Notes under the pieces: generated by a model
Seen by the model: the letters and a program-made list of their open reading frames with translations, nothing else
Databases searched by the model: none
Told to the model about the DNA's origin: nothing
In this document: piece by piece, positions 52,427 to 62,115 of the stretch
Layout of the letters: the number at the start of each line of letters is the position of its first letter
Position numbering within the stretch: the stretch's first letter is position 1
Source of the DNA: Methanotrichaceae archaeon
GTDB taxonomy: Archaea > Halobacteriota > Methanosarcinia > Methanotrichales > Methanotrichaceae
Length of the DNA: 64,000 nt
Direction: 5' to 3'
Assembly: GCA_963803145.1 (NCBI GenBank)
Contig: CAWDLW010000017.1
Coordinates: forward strand, 64,001 to 128,000
Translations under genes and position numbers: made by a program

Positions 52427-52635
52427 AATTTGTATAGTCCCGGAACAGAGCCCATCATTTTTTTAGTAACGAACGTTTCATCAGGTGGTAATGCTTCATA
52501 GAACGAACACGCAGTATTGCGCATGAGGTAGTCCTAGACATCTTACCCCTCTTCCGATTTTACCAAATTTATATTGTAAAAATTACATCAGGCCGGGGAT
52601 GGCAGATATCAGTGCTCATCCTCATGGCCCGATTT

Positions 52636-53742
52636 TCACTTGCCTTGACTCTGCGGGCAGGCGTTTATTATAAAGATATTGATTGTAGCACCTGAAGTGC
52701 GATTCATCTGTGTGTAGTTTAGTATTCTATCCAGATATTTTAGGGCAGTATCTCCCTCAGGCATCGTTTCATTTACAACGACTGCAGTTCCTGCATTGGA
52801 TGGAGCTATGGCAGGCTTTGATGGCGCCGATGGAGCCGCGGCAGGCTCGGGTGTTGCAGTGATATTGACATTGCTAATATCCAGACCCGGCTCAGCCTTT
52901 TTAAGGGCTTCTACGAATGCTGGTTTTTCAGTATATCCTGACAGCGTCTGATTTAGGCTTCCATTCTTGAAGATAAAGAACACCGGGAAGAATGTGATAT
53001 TGTATTTTGTGGCAGTCTCGTTGTTCTTCAAAGCATTTATAAGACCGAAGGCAACCTGGCCTTTAAGCTCATTTGATAGCTCGAGAATAGTTGCGTTATT
53101 CGCCTTGCAGTAGCCGCACCAATCGGCAAAACCCATCAGTACGAACAGGGGATACTTCTTCACTGCGAACGTGAGAGTGCTGTCATTTACTTTCATAGGC
53201 ATAGCAGGTTTATCCGCCCCGAGGTCGATCAGAGGTATATCTCCCTGATTTGCAGCGGGCGCTGGAGGAGTAATCCCCAGCTGGGCGACTATCTCAACGC
53301 GGCTCGTGTTCAGCCCTGGCCTAAATGTCTTGAGCGTATCTACAAGATCTGACTCATTGCTGTATCCTAACCGAGTATCGATGAGAGTACCATTTTTGAA
53401 TATCAGAAGCGTTGGTAAGTCAGTGATGTTATATCTCTTGACAATCTTGCTGTTATTTCCGACATCGATCACCCCGAAGGCCATCTGGCCGTTTAGCTCG
53501 CTTGAGAGCAGATTGAATGCAGCGTTCATTTCTTTGCATGGCGGGCACCAAGGAGCGTAGCAATCAAGAGCAAAAAATTGGTATTTGCTTATTGTGCTGT
53601 TGACAAGGCTGTCATTTAGTTCAAGGGCCAATCCCTGAGAGCTATTTGAACTTGATTGCTGACCCGCCGCTGAGGTGATGATTGGGCTAAATGCCGCTAG
53701 TAAAACTAACAGAAGGTATAAGATTATTCGTCTGTTATGCAT
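52636..53742 (-). CDS. Secreted tandem thioredoxin-domain protein (PDI-like architecture)
   Basis: Signal peptide; two Trx domains with WCPPC and WCGYC. Confidence 0.88.
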   Translation of the reverse strand: MHNRRIILYLLLVLLAAFSPIITSAAGQQSSSNSSQGLALELNDSLVNSTISKYQFFALDCYAPWCPPCKEMNAAFNLLSSELNGQMAFGVIDVGNNSKIVKRYNITDLPTLLIFKNGTLIDTRLGYSNESDLVDTLKTFRPGLNTSRVEIVAQLGITPPAPAANQGDIPLIDLGADKPAMPMKVNDSTLTFAVKKYPLFVLMGFADWCGYCKANNATILELSNELKGQVAFGLINALKNNETATKYNITFFPVFFIFKNGSLNQTLSGYTEKPAFVEALKKAEPGLDISNVNITATPEPAAAPSAPSKPAIAPSNAGTAVVVNETMPEGDTALKYLDRILNYTQMNRTSGATINIFIINACPQSQGK

Positions 53743-53899
53743 ATTGTCCCTCCATCTGAATCCAATTTCTCAGGGTCAGTGACCTCGAGGATATTAAAGC
53801 TTACGATAAATAATTAACAAAAAGATAATATTATTTATTATGATATTTATTTTGAAATTTAAGAACTATTAAGTTTACATTCATTGTCCTTATTGCCTA

Positions 53900-54808
53900 T
53901 CATATCCCAATAGGAAGAGTGCCTGGGCAGCAGGACAACCAACCCTCATCGTCATCAGATATGTTTGTAGGATTGATTGCCTTTAATGGACTTACCAAAG
54001 TCATATCAAGTTTCTCAGAGGTGTTAAAGTCACCGTAGTATCTTCTATAACCCTCGTTGACAGCAATCGTTCCTCTGCTAGTGTTGGCCGGCAAGCTCTG
54101 TCTATATTCTAGGTCTGCTATTCCAGTGGAATGGGCGGCAACACTGTAGGTGAGTTCCTTATTGGATTCTTCCCTGGCAGTCTTGGTGGAGTCGTTCAGA
54201 TTTATCATGATCACCCTTATATTCAAAGCGCGAATTCCTATGGCTCTCTCTTTGCTGTAGTTGGTATTATAGAGGAAGTTGGTGAATACATCAGCCTGAT
54301 TATTGCCCATGAACTCATTATCGTTGATACCCTTCCCGGAGTACTCAATGCGATCGATCATGTTCACATTGCTGGACGGAGTATTTCTGGCGTAATATTC
54401 ATTTGATCCCGGAATCCTTACCAGCTCAAGATCTGATGGATTGATGTATTTTAATTTCCCTGTTATGGCCTCCTGCGAGCTGTAGTTCCCCTGGCGGGCT
54501 GAAGTGCTCTCCTTTAACTTGAAGTTCTTAACTGCCGCATTAAAGTAGCATGACTGGAGTGGCGCTATTGTCCTGCCATTGTAGGCCTTTATGGGCTTTA
54601 TAGTGCCGCTAACGAGGCTATCCATCTCAAGGTTCAGGCTGACGCTTTGATGTGAAATATCTGTTGGCGAACTGCTGCCAGCGGCGCCTGGATAGAGATT
54701 ATCTTGATTGAGGCCCCCATTCTCGTTCAAAAATTCGTCATTTAGGCTGGCATTGGCCTGAGAGATTAGAATTAATATAAGTATGAGAACAAATATTTCA
54801 AGCCTCAT
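53900..54808 (-). CDS. Secreted hypothetical protein
   Basis: GAGGTGG RBS, signal peptide MRLEIFVLILILILISQANA; C-terminal WLSCC. Confidence 0.75.
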   Translation of the reverse strand: MRLEIFVLILILILISQANASLNDEFLNENGGLNQDNLYPGAAGSSSPTDISHQSVSLNLEMDSLVSGTIKPIKAYNGRTIAPLQSCYFNAAVKNFKLKESTSARQGNYSSQEAITGKLKYINPSDLELVRIPGSNEYYARNTPSSNVNMIDRIEYSGKGINDNEFMGNNQADVFTNFLYNTNYSKERAIGIRALNIRVIMINLNDSTKTAREESNKELTYSVAAHSTGIADLEYRQSLPANTSRGTIAVNEGYRRYYGDFNTSEKLDMTLVSPLKAINPTNISDDDEGWLSCCPGTLPIGI

Positions 54809-54902
54809 CCGGCCACCTCGCATGATTCGATGTCGACATAGCAGATTATGGGCATCAGGAGCCACATTTCCTTCAAGTGACAGCCATCTCCCTACGGATC
54901 TC

Positions 54903-54956
54903 CTAAGGTTTGATGGAGAGCATCAACAGAAATCCATTAACTGCTTTAATTATCAT
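54903..54956 (-). pseudogene. Leader-only relic of the Cys-scaffold family
   Basis: MIIKAVNGFLLMLSIKP* versus MIVKAAIGFLLLMLFIVP; preceded by the family promoter. Confidence 0.65.
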
Positions 54957-54998
54957 GATTCTTTGTTCCCTCCAAAGACTGGCTTGTAAATGTTAGCA

Positions 54999-55019
54999 TA
55001 AATAGTTATTCATTATGGT
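54999..55019 (-). promoter_or_regulatory. Family BRE/TATA-like promoter motif, copy 1
   Basis: TAAATAGTTATTCATTAT(G/A)GT, conserved in four copies. Confidence 0.65.
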
Positions 55020-55183
55020 CTAAAATCTTACTAATACACTTTTGCCCGGGGATCTACCTCTCCCAATATATCAAAATCCAATGCATCTAGAATAGGATGG
55101 AAAAGGGAGTTTAGGTACAAGGCCACAGCGACAAAGAATTTAAATATTCCTGATACCTTCTGCAACAAACTAGGAGGTATATC

Positions 55184-55582
55184 ATGGAGAATGAGAAGAG
55201 AATTGCAGCGGTTTTTACTGCTCTTCTGGCGCTGACATGCCTTGTATTGCCTGCTATGGGATATTCAATATCCGGACTAGTTTACAGTGACATAAATAAA
55301 AATGGAGTCATGGATCGAAATGAGAACGGTCTTGCCAATATAACCGTAAGTCTGGGAGGGCCTGTGCTCTGCCTCAACGACAAAGGATTGTTTGTGGAGC
55401 CGAATGTCTACAGTCTGAACATGACAACCAACAAAACAGGCATCTTCAATTTCACGGTTGATAAATTTGGGCGGTACTTCCTTAAGGCGATCGACGGAGA
55501 TACGATTCTAGTTAAGCCGTCAGCTATAGATATCGCACATCCTAATGATATAATAAACCTTAACCTCACAGAAATAAAATAA
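55184..55582 (+). CDS. Secreted SdrD-B/Cna-B-like domain protein
   Basis: Signal peptide; SISGLVYSDINKNGVMDRNENGLANITV, TTNKTGIFNF. Confidence 0.8.
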   Translation: MENEKRIAAVFTALLALTCLVLPAMGYSISGLVYSDINKNGVMDRNENGLANITVSLGGPVLCLNDKGLFVEPNVYSLNMTTNKTGIFNFTVDKFGRYFLKAIDGDTILVKPSAIDIAHPNDIINLNLTEIK

Positions 55583-55679
55583 AGAGGGTATCCGGCCCGA
55601 AAATCTTTTTTTGACTCTAAACCGAATCCGTTTAAAACAGCCAAGCTAATAAAATTATAATTGGAGGCAATACTGCCCA

Positions 55680-56114
55680 TCAACTGGCAATGTAGAATGC
55701 ATTAGGTTGTTGCTGCGAATCGTCTAGATTGTATACGACTCCGGAGTTGTAATTGTATGCTTCGCCTAGATCAAATTCAGAAGTATACCATCCTAACGGC
55801 GCATTTATAGGTACATCCCAGATTGAGCATACCCAGTCAGATGTTTCCCCAGGTTGAAGGTATACCGGCCTTGCATCGCCATAATACCAGTTGCCGTATG
55901 GGTCTTCTACGGATAGCTGAACCCAGAAAGTACATGGCACATATCCTGTATTAGTGATCTTGGCGCAATTGCCGCCAATGCCGTTTTGTCTATACCAATC
56001 GCCGCTAGCGAACTGGTAATCAGTGATCTTTGCATCTGTCGTATCTGATGCGGCCAGAGCTATTGGAACCCCAACAAAGGAGATCAACAATAACCCGCAT
56101 ATTATCTGTTTCAT
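55680..56114 (-). CDS. Secreted Ig-like hypothetical protein
   Basis: GGAGGGTG RBS, signal peptide MKQIICG; ITNTG...LQPGET..W.VP.NAP.GWY. Confidence 0.75.
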   Translation of the reverse strand: MKQIICGLLLISFVGVPIALAASDTTDAKITDYQFASGDWYRQNGIGGNCAKITNTGYVPCTFWVQLSVEDPYGNWYYGDARPVYLQPGETSDWVCSIWDVPINAPLGWYTSEFDLGEAYNYNSGVVYNLDDSQQQPNAFYIAS

Positions 56115-56502
56115 CAAATTCACACCCTCCATGCGATATTTATTTGGGCTGTTATTGCAGACCTTTCTATTAAGTTCTTTCGGAACTATTGAAAAATTAT
56201 AGCGAACTTATAAAAAACGAGGGATGCTATGGGCCTAAAATACAAATGGCGAAATTATCATTGGAATACTACGATCCCTCTTCATTTAAGCCCTAAATCG
56301 CGTCCGGCATTGCAATTCTCAAAACTAACTGGTTATTCGCTTATCAGTTTTCTATAAATTTTATTAACCTTGAAAAAATATCATAGGACTATTAGGGGAA
56401 GAGGAGGCCAGGGCAGAGCCTCCCTAGCCATTCCTGGCCACTCTCATCGTCCCAGTTAGCAGGCACTCGCCATCGGCCCAGCGTTAGTCAGGGTTCTTCT
56501 CG

Positions 56503-57135
56503 CTATCCATTTGGTGTTGGATTGGGTACTGGCCCTGGCATGGGTTCAGTTGGATTCGGCACCGGTTCCGGCATAATCTCTTCAGGCTCAGGCATAACGC
56601 ATATGCACCGACCATCTCTCCATGCACAGTTGGGATCTTTCTCGCACTCTATCTGCTCAGGGTTCGTCATAGCGCATAGGCATTCACCATTGACCCAGTG
56701 GCATTTAGGGTTGGCCTCGCAGTCAGCCGTGAGGTTTTGAACAGGTGCAGCTCCGGAGTTGGAGGATTTCACATCGCAATGATAGCCAGGAAGAAATATA
56801 AATCGGCATGTCGGACCCTTATGCTCATCCCATGGGCATGATTCTGGAAGATAAGCATCGCATATAAATTCTTCATACGGATCAGACACGCAACTGTTAG
56901 GAATATTTATCACTGGATAACAAGGCCCGTGTAAAAGTTTTGGTAATTTTTCCCCGGTTGATATTCTATAGCAATATCCGTTCCAAGTAGCACAACTCAT
57001 ATCCTGATTCGCAGATAGGTTATCGCTCCCAGTCGCCACATTATTCTGATTTATTTCCGGCTGTGCCAGTGTCGGCACGATGAAGAGCATCAGCAACAGA
57101 AATCCAATAGCCGCTTTCACTATCATATTTTTCAT
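56503..57135 (-). CDS. Secreted Cys-scaffold protein A
   Basis: Signal peptide, 8-Cys variable core, constant two 4-Cys repeats and Pro tail. Start may be 57126. Confidence 0.88.
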   Translation of the reverse strand: MKNMIVKAAIGFLLLMLFIVPTLAQPEINQNNVATGSDNLSANQDMSCATWNGYCYRISTGEKLPKLLHGPCYPVINIPNSCVSDPYEEFICDAYLPESCPWDEHKGPTCRFIFLPGYHCDVKSSNSGAAPVQNLTADCEANPKCHWVNGECLCAMTNPEQIECEKDPNCAWRDGRCICVMPEPEEIMPEPVPNPTEPMPGPVPNPTPNG

Positions 57136-57184
57136 CCCTCCAAAGCCTTGGAAATATTTGCTTAAAACTGGTTCATAACCTACT

Positions 57185-57205
57185 TAAATAGTTATTCATT
57201 ATGGT
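57185..57205 (-). promoter_or_regulatory. Family promoter motif, copy 2
   Basis: TAAATAGTTATTCATTATGGT; reads GAATAACTATTTAAG on the minus strand. Confidence 0.65.
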
Positions 57206-57520
57206 ATAAAATTTCGCCAATACACTTTTATCCCGACATATATATCTCCCAATATAGCAAAATCCAATGATGCAAATGTTGCATCCTTAATGCTCACCCT
57301 CGATGCCTCCGATGCCATCTTCGGGAGCCCGAACTTGATGGGGATATATGCTTAGACTGTTATTTCCAGGAGGCCAGGGCGGAGCCTTCGGAGATTTCTC
57401 GAAACTAACGACTCATGGCCGAAGGATGAAGAGAAGCGAGCTTAGGCGGCGCATTAGAATAAGGCTTCATGAGCTTAATTCTATCAAAAAATGAGATGAA
57501 ATGTGCAGCCTGATCTCTTG

Positions 57521-58135
57521 CTATCCATTTGGTGTTGGATTGGGTACAGGCCCTGGCATAGGTTCAGGTGTTGGATTGGGTACAGGTCCCGGCATTGGCT
57601 CCACAGGCTCAGGCATAACGCAGATGCACCGGCCATCTCTCCATGCACAATTGGGATCTTTCTCGCACTCTATCTGCTCAGGACTTTGCATGATACATAG
57701 GCATTCACCATTAACCCAGTGGCAATTAGGGTTGGCCTCGCAGTCAGCCGTGAGATTTTGAACCGGTGCAGCTTCAGGACCGGGTTCATGCCATTTGCAC
57801 GGTTTCGTGAATTGTAATTTGCATTCGCAGCGCAATCCACCCTCGTGGCAAGGGCATGGCCTAGGGAAATCCTCGTTACAAGTAGTGCCCCCATTGCCAA
57901 ATTGGATAGGCAAGCATTCTCCAGCCCAAATTTTCAACTCACAATGCCCTTGTGTAGTACCGGACCAACCAGTATACCAGTTATGGCACACACCAGTCCA
58001 AGTGCCTTCACAGCCTGTTGGTGGGTTCACGTTATTGCTTCCAGTCGCCGTAATATTCTGATCTACATTCTGTGCCAGTGCTGGCATAATGAAGATCGCC
58101 AGCAGCAGCAATCCAATAGCCGCTCTCACTATCAT
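57521..58135 (-). CDS. Secreted Cys-scaffold protein B
   Basis: Same architecture; 10-Cys core. Confidence 0.88.
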   Translation of the reverse strand: MIVRAAIGLLLLAIFIMPALAQNVDQNITATGSNNVNPPTGCEGTWTGVCHNWYTGWSGTTQGHCELKIWAGECLPIQFGNGGTTCNEDFPRPCPCHEGGLRCECKLQFTKPCKWHEPGPEAAPVQNLTADCEANPNCHWVNGECLCIMQSPEQIECEKDPNCAWRDGRCICVMPEPVEPMPGPVPNPTPEPMPGPVPNPTPNG

Positions 58136-58192
58136 GTTTTTTCATCCCTCTCACGCCTTGAAATATTTGCTTAAAGACGGTAAACGCCTATA

Positions 58193-58213
58193 TAAATAGT
58201 TATTCATTATAGT
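58193..58213 (-). promoter_or_regulatory. Family promoter motif, copy 3
   Basis: TAAATAGTTATTCATTATAGT; reads GAATAACTATTTATATA on the minus strand. Confidence 0.65.
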
Positions 58214-58456
58214 TTAAAATCTTGCCAATACATTTTTATCCCGACGTATATATCCAAATATAGCAAAATCTAATGATGCAAATGTATCCTAAATGCTCAC
58301 CCTCTCCGCCTCCGATGCCATCTCCGGGAGCTCGAACTGGATGGAGATATATGCTTAGACTGTTATTTCGAGGTGGCCAGGGCCTTCCTGGCCGCTCTCA
58401 TCGTCCCAGTTCGTAGGCACTCGCCATCAGCCCAATGGCAGTCAGGGTTCTTCTCG

Positions 58457-59026
58457 CTATCCATTTGGAGTTGGATTCGGTACAGGCCCAGGCATGGGTT
58501 CAGTTGGATTGGGCACCGGCCCAGACATGATCTCTTCAGGTTCTGGCATAACGCAGATACACCGGCCATCTCTCCAGGCACAGAGAGGATCTTTCTCGCA
58601 CTCTATCTGCTCGGGACTTTGCATGACACATAGGCATTTACCATTGACCCAGTGGCAGTTAGGGTTAGCCTCGCAGTCAGCCGTGAGATTTTCAACCGGC
58701 TCGGCCTCGGAATTCCAGATCCAGTGGCAATAACCGTACGGTTTATATTTGAAAGTACATTTTTGACCATTATCGCATTTCAAGCTAGTATAACGGGCAC
58801 ATACTTGGCTCATATCTTCTTTGGGCTCACATGTCCCCCAAGACAACCCACAAGATCCACCTAATGTTTGGCTCGCTCCATATTGATCATAGCAGATTCC
58901 ACTCCAACCTGAACACTCCATTGGCGCGGAAATACTGCTTCCAGCCGCCGCATTATTCGTTATTTGTGCCAGTGCCGGCGCTATGAAGAGCACTAGCAGC
59001 AATCCAATAGCCGCTTTACATATCAT
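58457..59026 (-). CDS. Secreted Cys-scaffold protein C
   Basis: Same architecture; 8-Cys core. Confidence 0.88.
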   Translation of the reverse strand: MICKAAIGLLLVLFIAPALAQITNNAAAGSSISAPMECSGWSGICYDQYGASQTLGGSCGLSWGTCEPKEDMSQVCARYTSLKCDNGQKCTFKYKPYGYCHWIWNSEAEPVENLTADCEANPNCHWVNGKCLCVMQSPEQIECEKDPLCAWRDGRCICVMPEPEEIMSGPVPNPTEPMPGPVPNPTPNG

Positions 59027-59083
59027 AGTTCTGTCATTCCTCCGACTCGGAAATATTTACAATGTGACGATTCAGTATCGACA

Positions 59084-59104
59084 TAAATAGTTATTCATTA
59101 TAGT
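59084..59104 (-). promoter_or_regulatory. Family promoter motif, copy 4
   Basis: TAAATAGTTATTCATTATAGT upstream of gene C. Confidence 0.65.
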
Positions 59105-59274
59105 TTAATATTTTTCAGTTTCAAAAAAAAGAGCTTGAAGGTGCAGCTTCATACCTTCCAGACCAATTTGTATTTTAGTGTTTCGATCAAAATGATTTTG
59201 AAGTTATCCAAGTCGCTACAGATGGCTCTAAATATCAAGAATTGATAATGTAGATTTCAAGAAAAGGAGGCCAG

Positions 59275-59673
59275 ATGATGAATGGATATTTGATTCTGTT
59301 GTTGGTCGCAGCCCTCTCCTCAATAGGGTTAGTTTCAGCAAATAGCATATGCGATAATGCTCCGTGCGAAAAACCAATAAATGCCAGCATCGGAGAGGAT
59401 TTTAGTATAACTATAGGATCCAATCCAGGATCGACAGGCTCTGACTGGTGGACAAATTTTGATACCCAATACATAAGCCTGGCAAATTCGACCTTCGTTC
59501 CCGGAAATGCGCCTTCTGGAATGGAGGGTGTACCCGGAAAGAGAATTTTCACCTTCAATGCCAAAAGAGCTGGCAATACTGAAGTGATCATGCTCCTGCT
59601 TCAGCCCTGGGTTAACGGCACTATCGCAGAGGAAAAAATCTTTCCTGTAAGCATCAAAGCTGCTGTAAAATAG
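59275..59673 (+). CDS. Chagasin-like cysteine protease inhibitor (I42)
   Basis: Signal peptide; SNPGSTG..W, G.PGKRIFTF, QPW loop. Confidence 0.85.
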   Translation: MMNGYLILLLVAALSSIGLVSANSICDNAPCEKPINASIGEDFSITIGSNPGSTGSDWWTNFDTQYISLANSTFVPGNAPSGMEGVPGKRIFTFNAKRAGNTEVIMLLLQPWVNGTIAEEKIFPVSIKAAVK

Positions 59674-59809
59674 ATCTCCTGGCGATTTCCTCCATCCTTC
59701 ATTAGGGTGGGTGCATTGCTCTCAAATTTTATCTATATAGAAGAGATTCAAGGAGCTTGATGGAAAGTTTTAAGTATTAACATATTTTTAAAGTATTATT
59801 TAATGTTGG

Positions 59810-62077
59810 TTGGAGTTGCTAATCATGTTGAGCTGTATGCCTAGAAGAGCCTTTATCATCCTGCTTTGGGCTATGTTAATTGTATCGATAATTCCTGTCT
59901 TGGCCGAACTTAATCTTACCAATTCGACTCAAAATAGTCCTATTTCGCAATTGGCAATCGATAATGAATCCGTCCAAGTATCAATGCTAAAGCTGCCATT
60001 AAGCTTCATAGAGAACCTTGGTCAGTCCTCTAACGATGTAAAATTCATGATCAAGACCTCCGGGAAGACTATATTCTTTACTCCTTCCGACATTGTATTT
60101 GCGTTATCCGGCGGCAACAATTCGTCTGTGGTCCATATGGAATTTGAGGGCTCTAAATCATGTCAGATAATAGGCGAAGGGCAGCTTCCTGGCACAGCCA
60201 ACTTCTTCATCGGAAATGATTCGTCCAAGTGGGTAACCGAGATACCTACCTATAGCGCAGTCAGATACAAAGATTTCTATCCTGGAGTCGATCTGGTCTT
60301 CAAAGGCACGGAAGGAAGCCTGAAGCATGAGCTGCTGCTGAAGCCCGGCGCGGACCCGGCCAAAATCGTTATGGCTTACAGCGGCCAGGATAACCTGAGC
60401 CTCGACAAGAATGGATCGATCCTGATCAAGACTATTGCAGGCAACCTCACAGACTCTGCGCCCTTCTGCTACCAGGACATCGATGGGAGCAGGGTGATTG
60501 TCGAGGGGAAATATCGAAGAATTGATACCAATAAGATAGGGTTTGAGATCAAAGAATATAATCAGAGCCTTCCTCTTGTGATAGATCCCTTGCTGAGATA
60601 TTCTACCTATCTAGGTGGTAAGGGTTATGATGAAGGCAATGGCATAGCTGTAGACTGCAGCGGCAACGCCTATGTTACAGGACGGACGAAGTCGACTGAC
60701 TTCCCGACAAAAAATGCATACCAGGCCGCGAACGCAGGGTTTGAAGACGCTTTTGTCATCAAGCTGAGCCCCGCGGGGAATAAACTTGTCTACTCCACTT
60801 ATCTGGGAGGTAGCGGTCCCGACAGCGGCAATGGCATAGCCATAGATAGCAGAGGTAACGCCTATGTTACAGGAAGGACCGATTCGACTGACTTTCCGAC
60901 AAAAAATGCATACCAGGCTGCGAACGCAGGGTTCGCCGACGCTTTTGTCATCAAGTTGAGCCCTGCGGGGAATAAACTTGTCTACTCCACTTATCTGGGA
61001 GGTAGCCGAAATGATTTTGCAAATGGCATAGCTATAGGCCCGGGCTCCAGCGGTAACGCTTATGTTACAGGGCGGACGAAGTCGACTGACTTCCCGACAC
61101 AGAACCCATACCAGGTCGCGAATGCAGGAAACAACGACACTTTTGTCACAAAGTTAAGTCCCGCAGGGAATAGACTCATATATTCCACTTATATGGGAGG
61201 CAGCAAAAACGAGAGCGGCAGTGGCGTAGCTGTAGATCGCATCGGTAACGCTTATGTTACAGGATTCACGGATTCGGATAACTTTCCGACCAAAAACCCA
61301 TACCAGGCCACGAAGGCAAAATGCTCCGACGCTTTTATCACAAAGCTGAACCCTGCAGGGAATAAACTGGTCTATTCCACTTACCTAGGCGGCAACAGCT
61401 GCGATATTGGCTATGGCATAGCCGTAGACAGCAGCGGTGACGTATATATTGCAGGGATCACACCTTCGACCGACTTTCCGACCAAAAACCCATATCAGGC
61501 TGTAAACGCGGGAGGTGGCGACGTTTTTGCAGCCAAGCTTAATCCTGCAGGGAATAAACTTGTCTACTCAACTTATCTGGGTGGTAGCGGTGAAGACTGG
61601 GGCAAAGGCATATCTGTAGACAGCAGAGGTAACGCTTATGTTACAGGATGGACGTATTCGACCAATTTCCCAACCAAGAATGCATACCAGGCCGCAAATG
61701 CAGGAGTACATGACGCTTTCATAGCCGTCTTTACAAAAGCGCCTCCAAATACGCCATCCATGCCTTCAGGACCTGTTTCAGGTAAGATAAGAACACTCTA
61801 CAGGTATACGACATCAGCCATAGATCCCGAGGGAGGCCAAATTAAATATACCTTCAACTGGGGAGACGGAACAACATCGACAACACGTCTGGTCGACTCT
61901 GGAACAGAGGCATTTGCATATCATAGATGGACAAAAGAGGGAACATTCCAGGTTAAGGCCATGGCTACAGATAGCAAAGGTGCGACCTCGGAATATTCAA
62001 GTGCATTGGGTGTTAGAATAGGTTATGTCCGATTGTGCGTACGCCTCTTGAAGGAAGCCAGCCATAGCATCATTTGA
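59810..62077 (+). CDS. Secreted SBBP beta-propeller repeat protein with PKD-like C-terminus
   Basis: FIENLGQ N-terminal domain, six YSTY(L/M)GG repeats of about 62 aa, YTFNWGDGT. Start may be 59825 or 59837. Confidence 0.9.
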   Translation: MELLIMLSCMPRRAFIILLWAMLIVSIIPVLAELNLTNSTQNSPISQLAIDNESVQVSMLKLPLSFIENLGQSSNDVKFMIKTSGKTIFFTPSDIVFALSGGNNSSVVHMEFEGSKSCQIIGEGQLPGTANFFIGNDSSKWVTEIPTYSAVRYKDFYPGVDLVFKGTEGSLKHELLLKPGADPAKIVMAYSGQDNLSLDKNGSILIKTIAGNLTDSAPFCYQDIDGSRVIVEGKYRRIDTNKIGFEIKEYNQSLPLVIDPLLRYSTYLGGKGYDEGNGIAVDCSGNAYVTGRTKSTDFPTKNAYQAANAGFEDAFVIKLSPAGNKLVYSTYLGGSGPDSGNGIAIDSRGNAYVTGRTDSTDFPTKNAYQAANAGFADAFVIKLSPAGNKLVYSTYLGGSRNDFANGIAIGPGSSGNAYVTGRTKSTDFPTQNPYQVANAGNNDTFVTKLSPAGNRLIYSTYMGGSKNESGSGVAVDRIGNAYVTGFTDSDNFPTKNPYQATKAKCSDAFITKLNPAGNKLVYSTYLGGNSCDIGYGIAVDSSGDVYIAGITPSTDFPTKNPYQAVNAGGGDVFAAKLNPAGNKLVYSTYLGGSGEDWGKGISVDSRGNAYVTGWTYSTNFPTKNAYQAANAGVHDAFIAVFTKAPPNTPSMPSGPVSGKIRTLYRYTTSAIDPEGGQIKYTFNWGDGTTSTTRLVDSGTEAFAYHRWTKEGTFQVKAMATDSKGATSEYSSALGVRIGYVRLCVRLLKEASHSII
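60598..61730 (+). repeat. About 186-bp tandem repeats encoding SBBP units
   Basis: AACGC(C/T)TATGTTACAGG and GGGAATAAACT(T/G)GTCTA recur at about 186-bp spacing. Confidence 0.85.
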
Positions 62078-62115
62078 CAAAAGTCTTAAGAGCTTAAAAA
62101 ACAAAACAAAAGCTT

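Noticed and set aside
56503-59026. Diversity-generating retroelement behind the variable cores
   Set aside because: No reverse transcriptase and no TR/VR pair; cores differ by indels and all base types, not adenine-specific changes.
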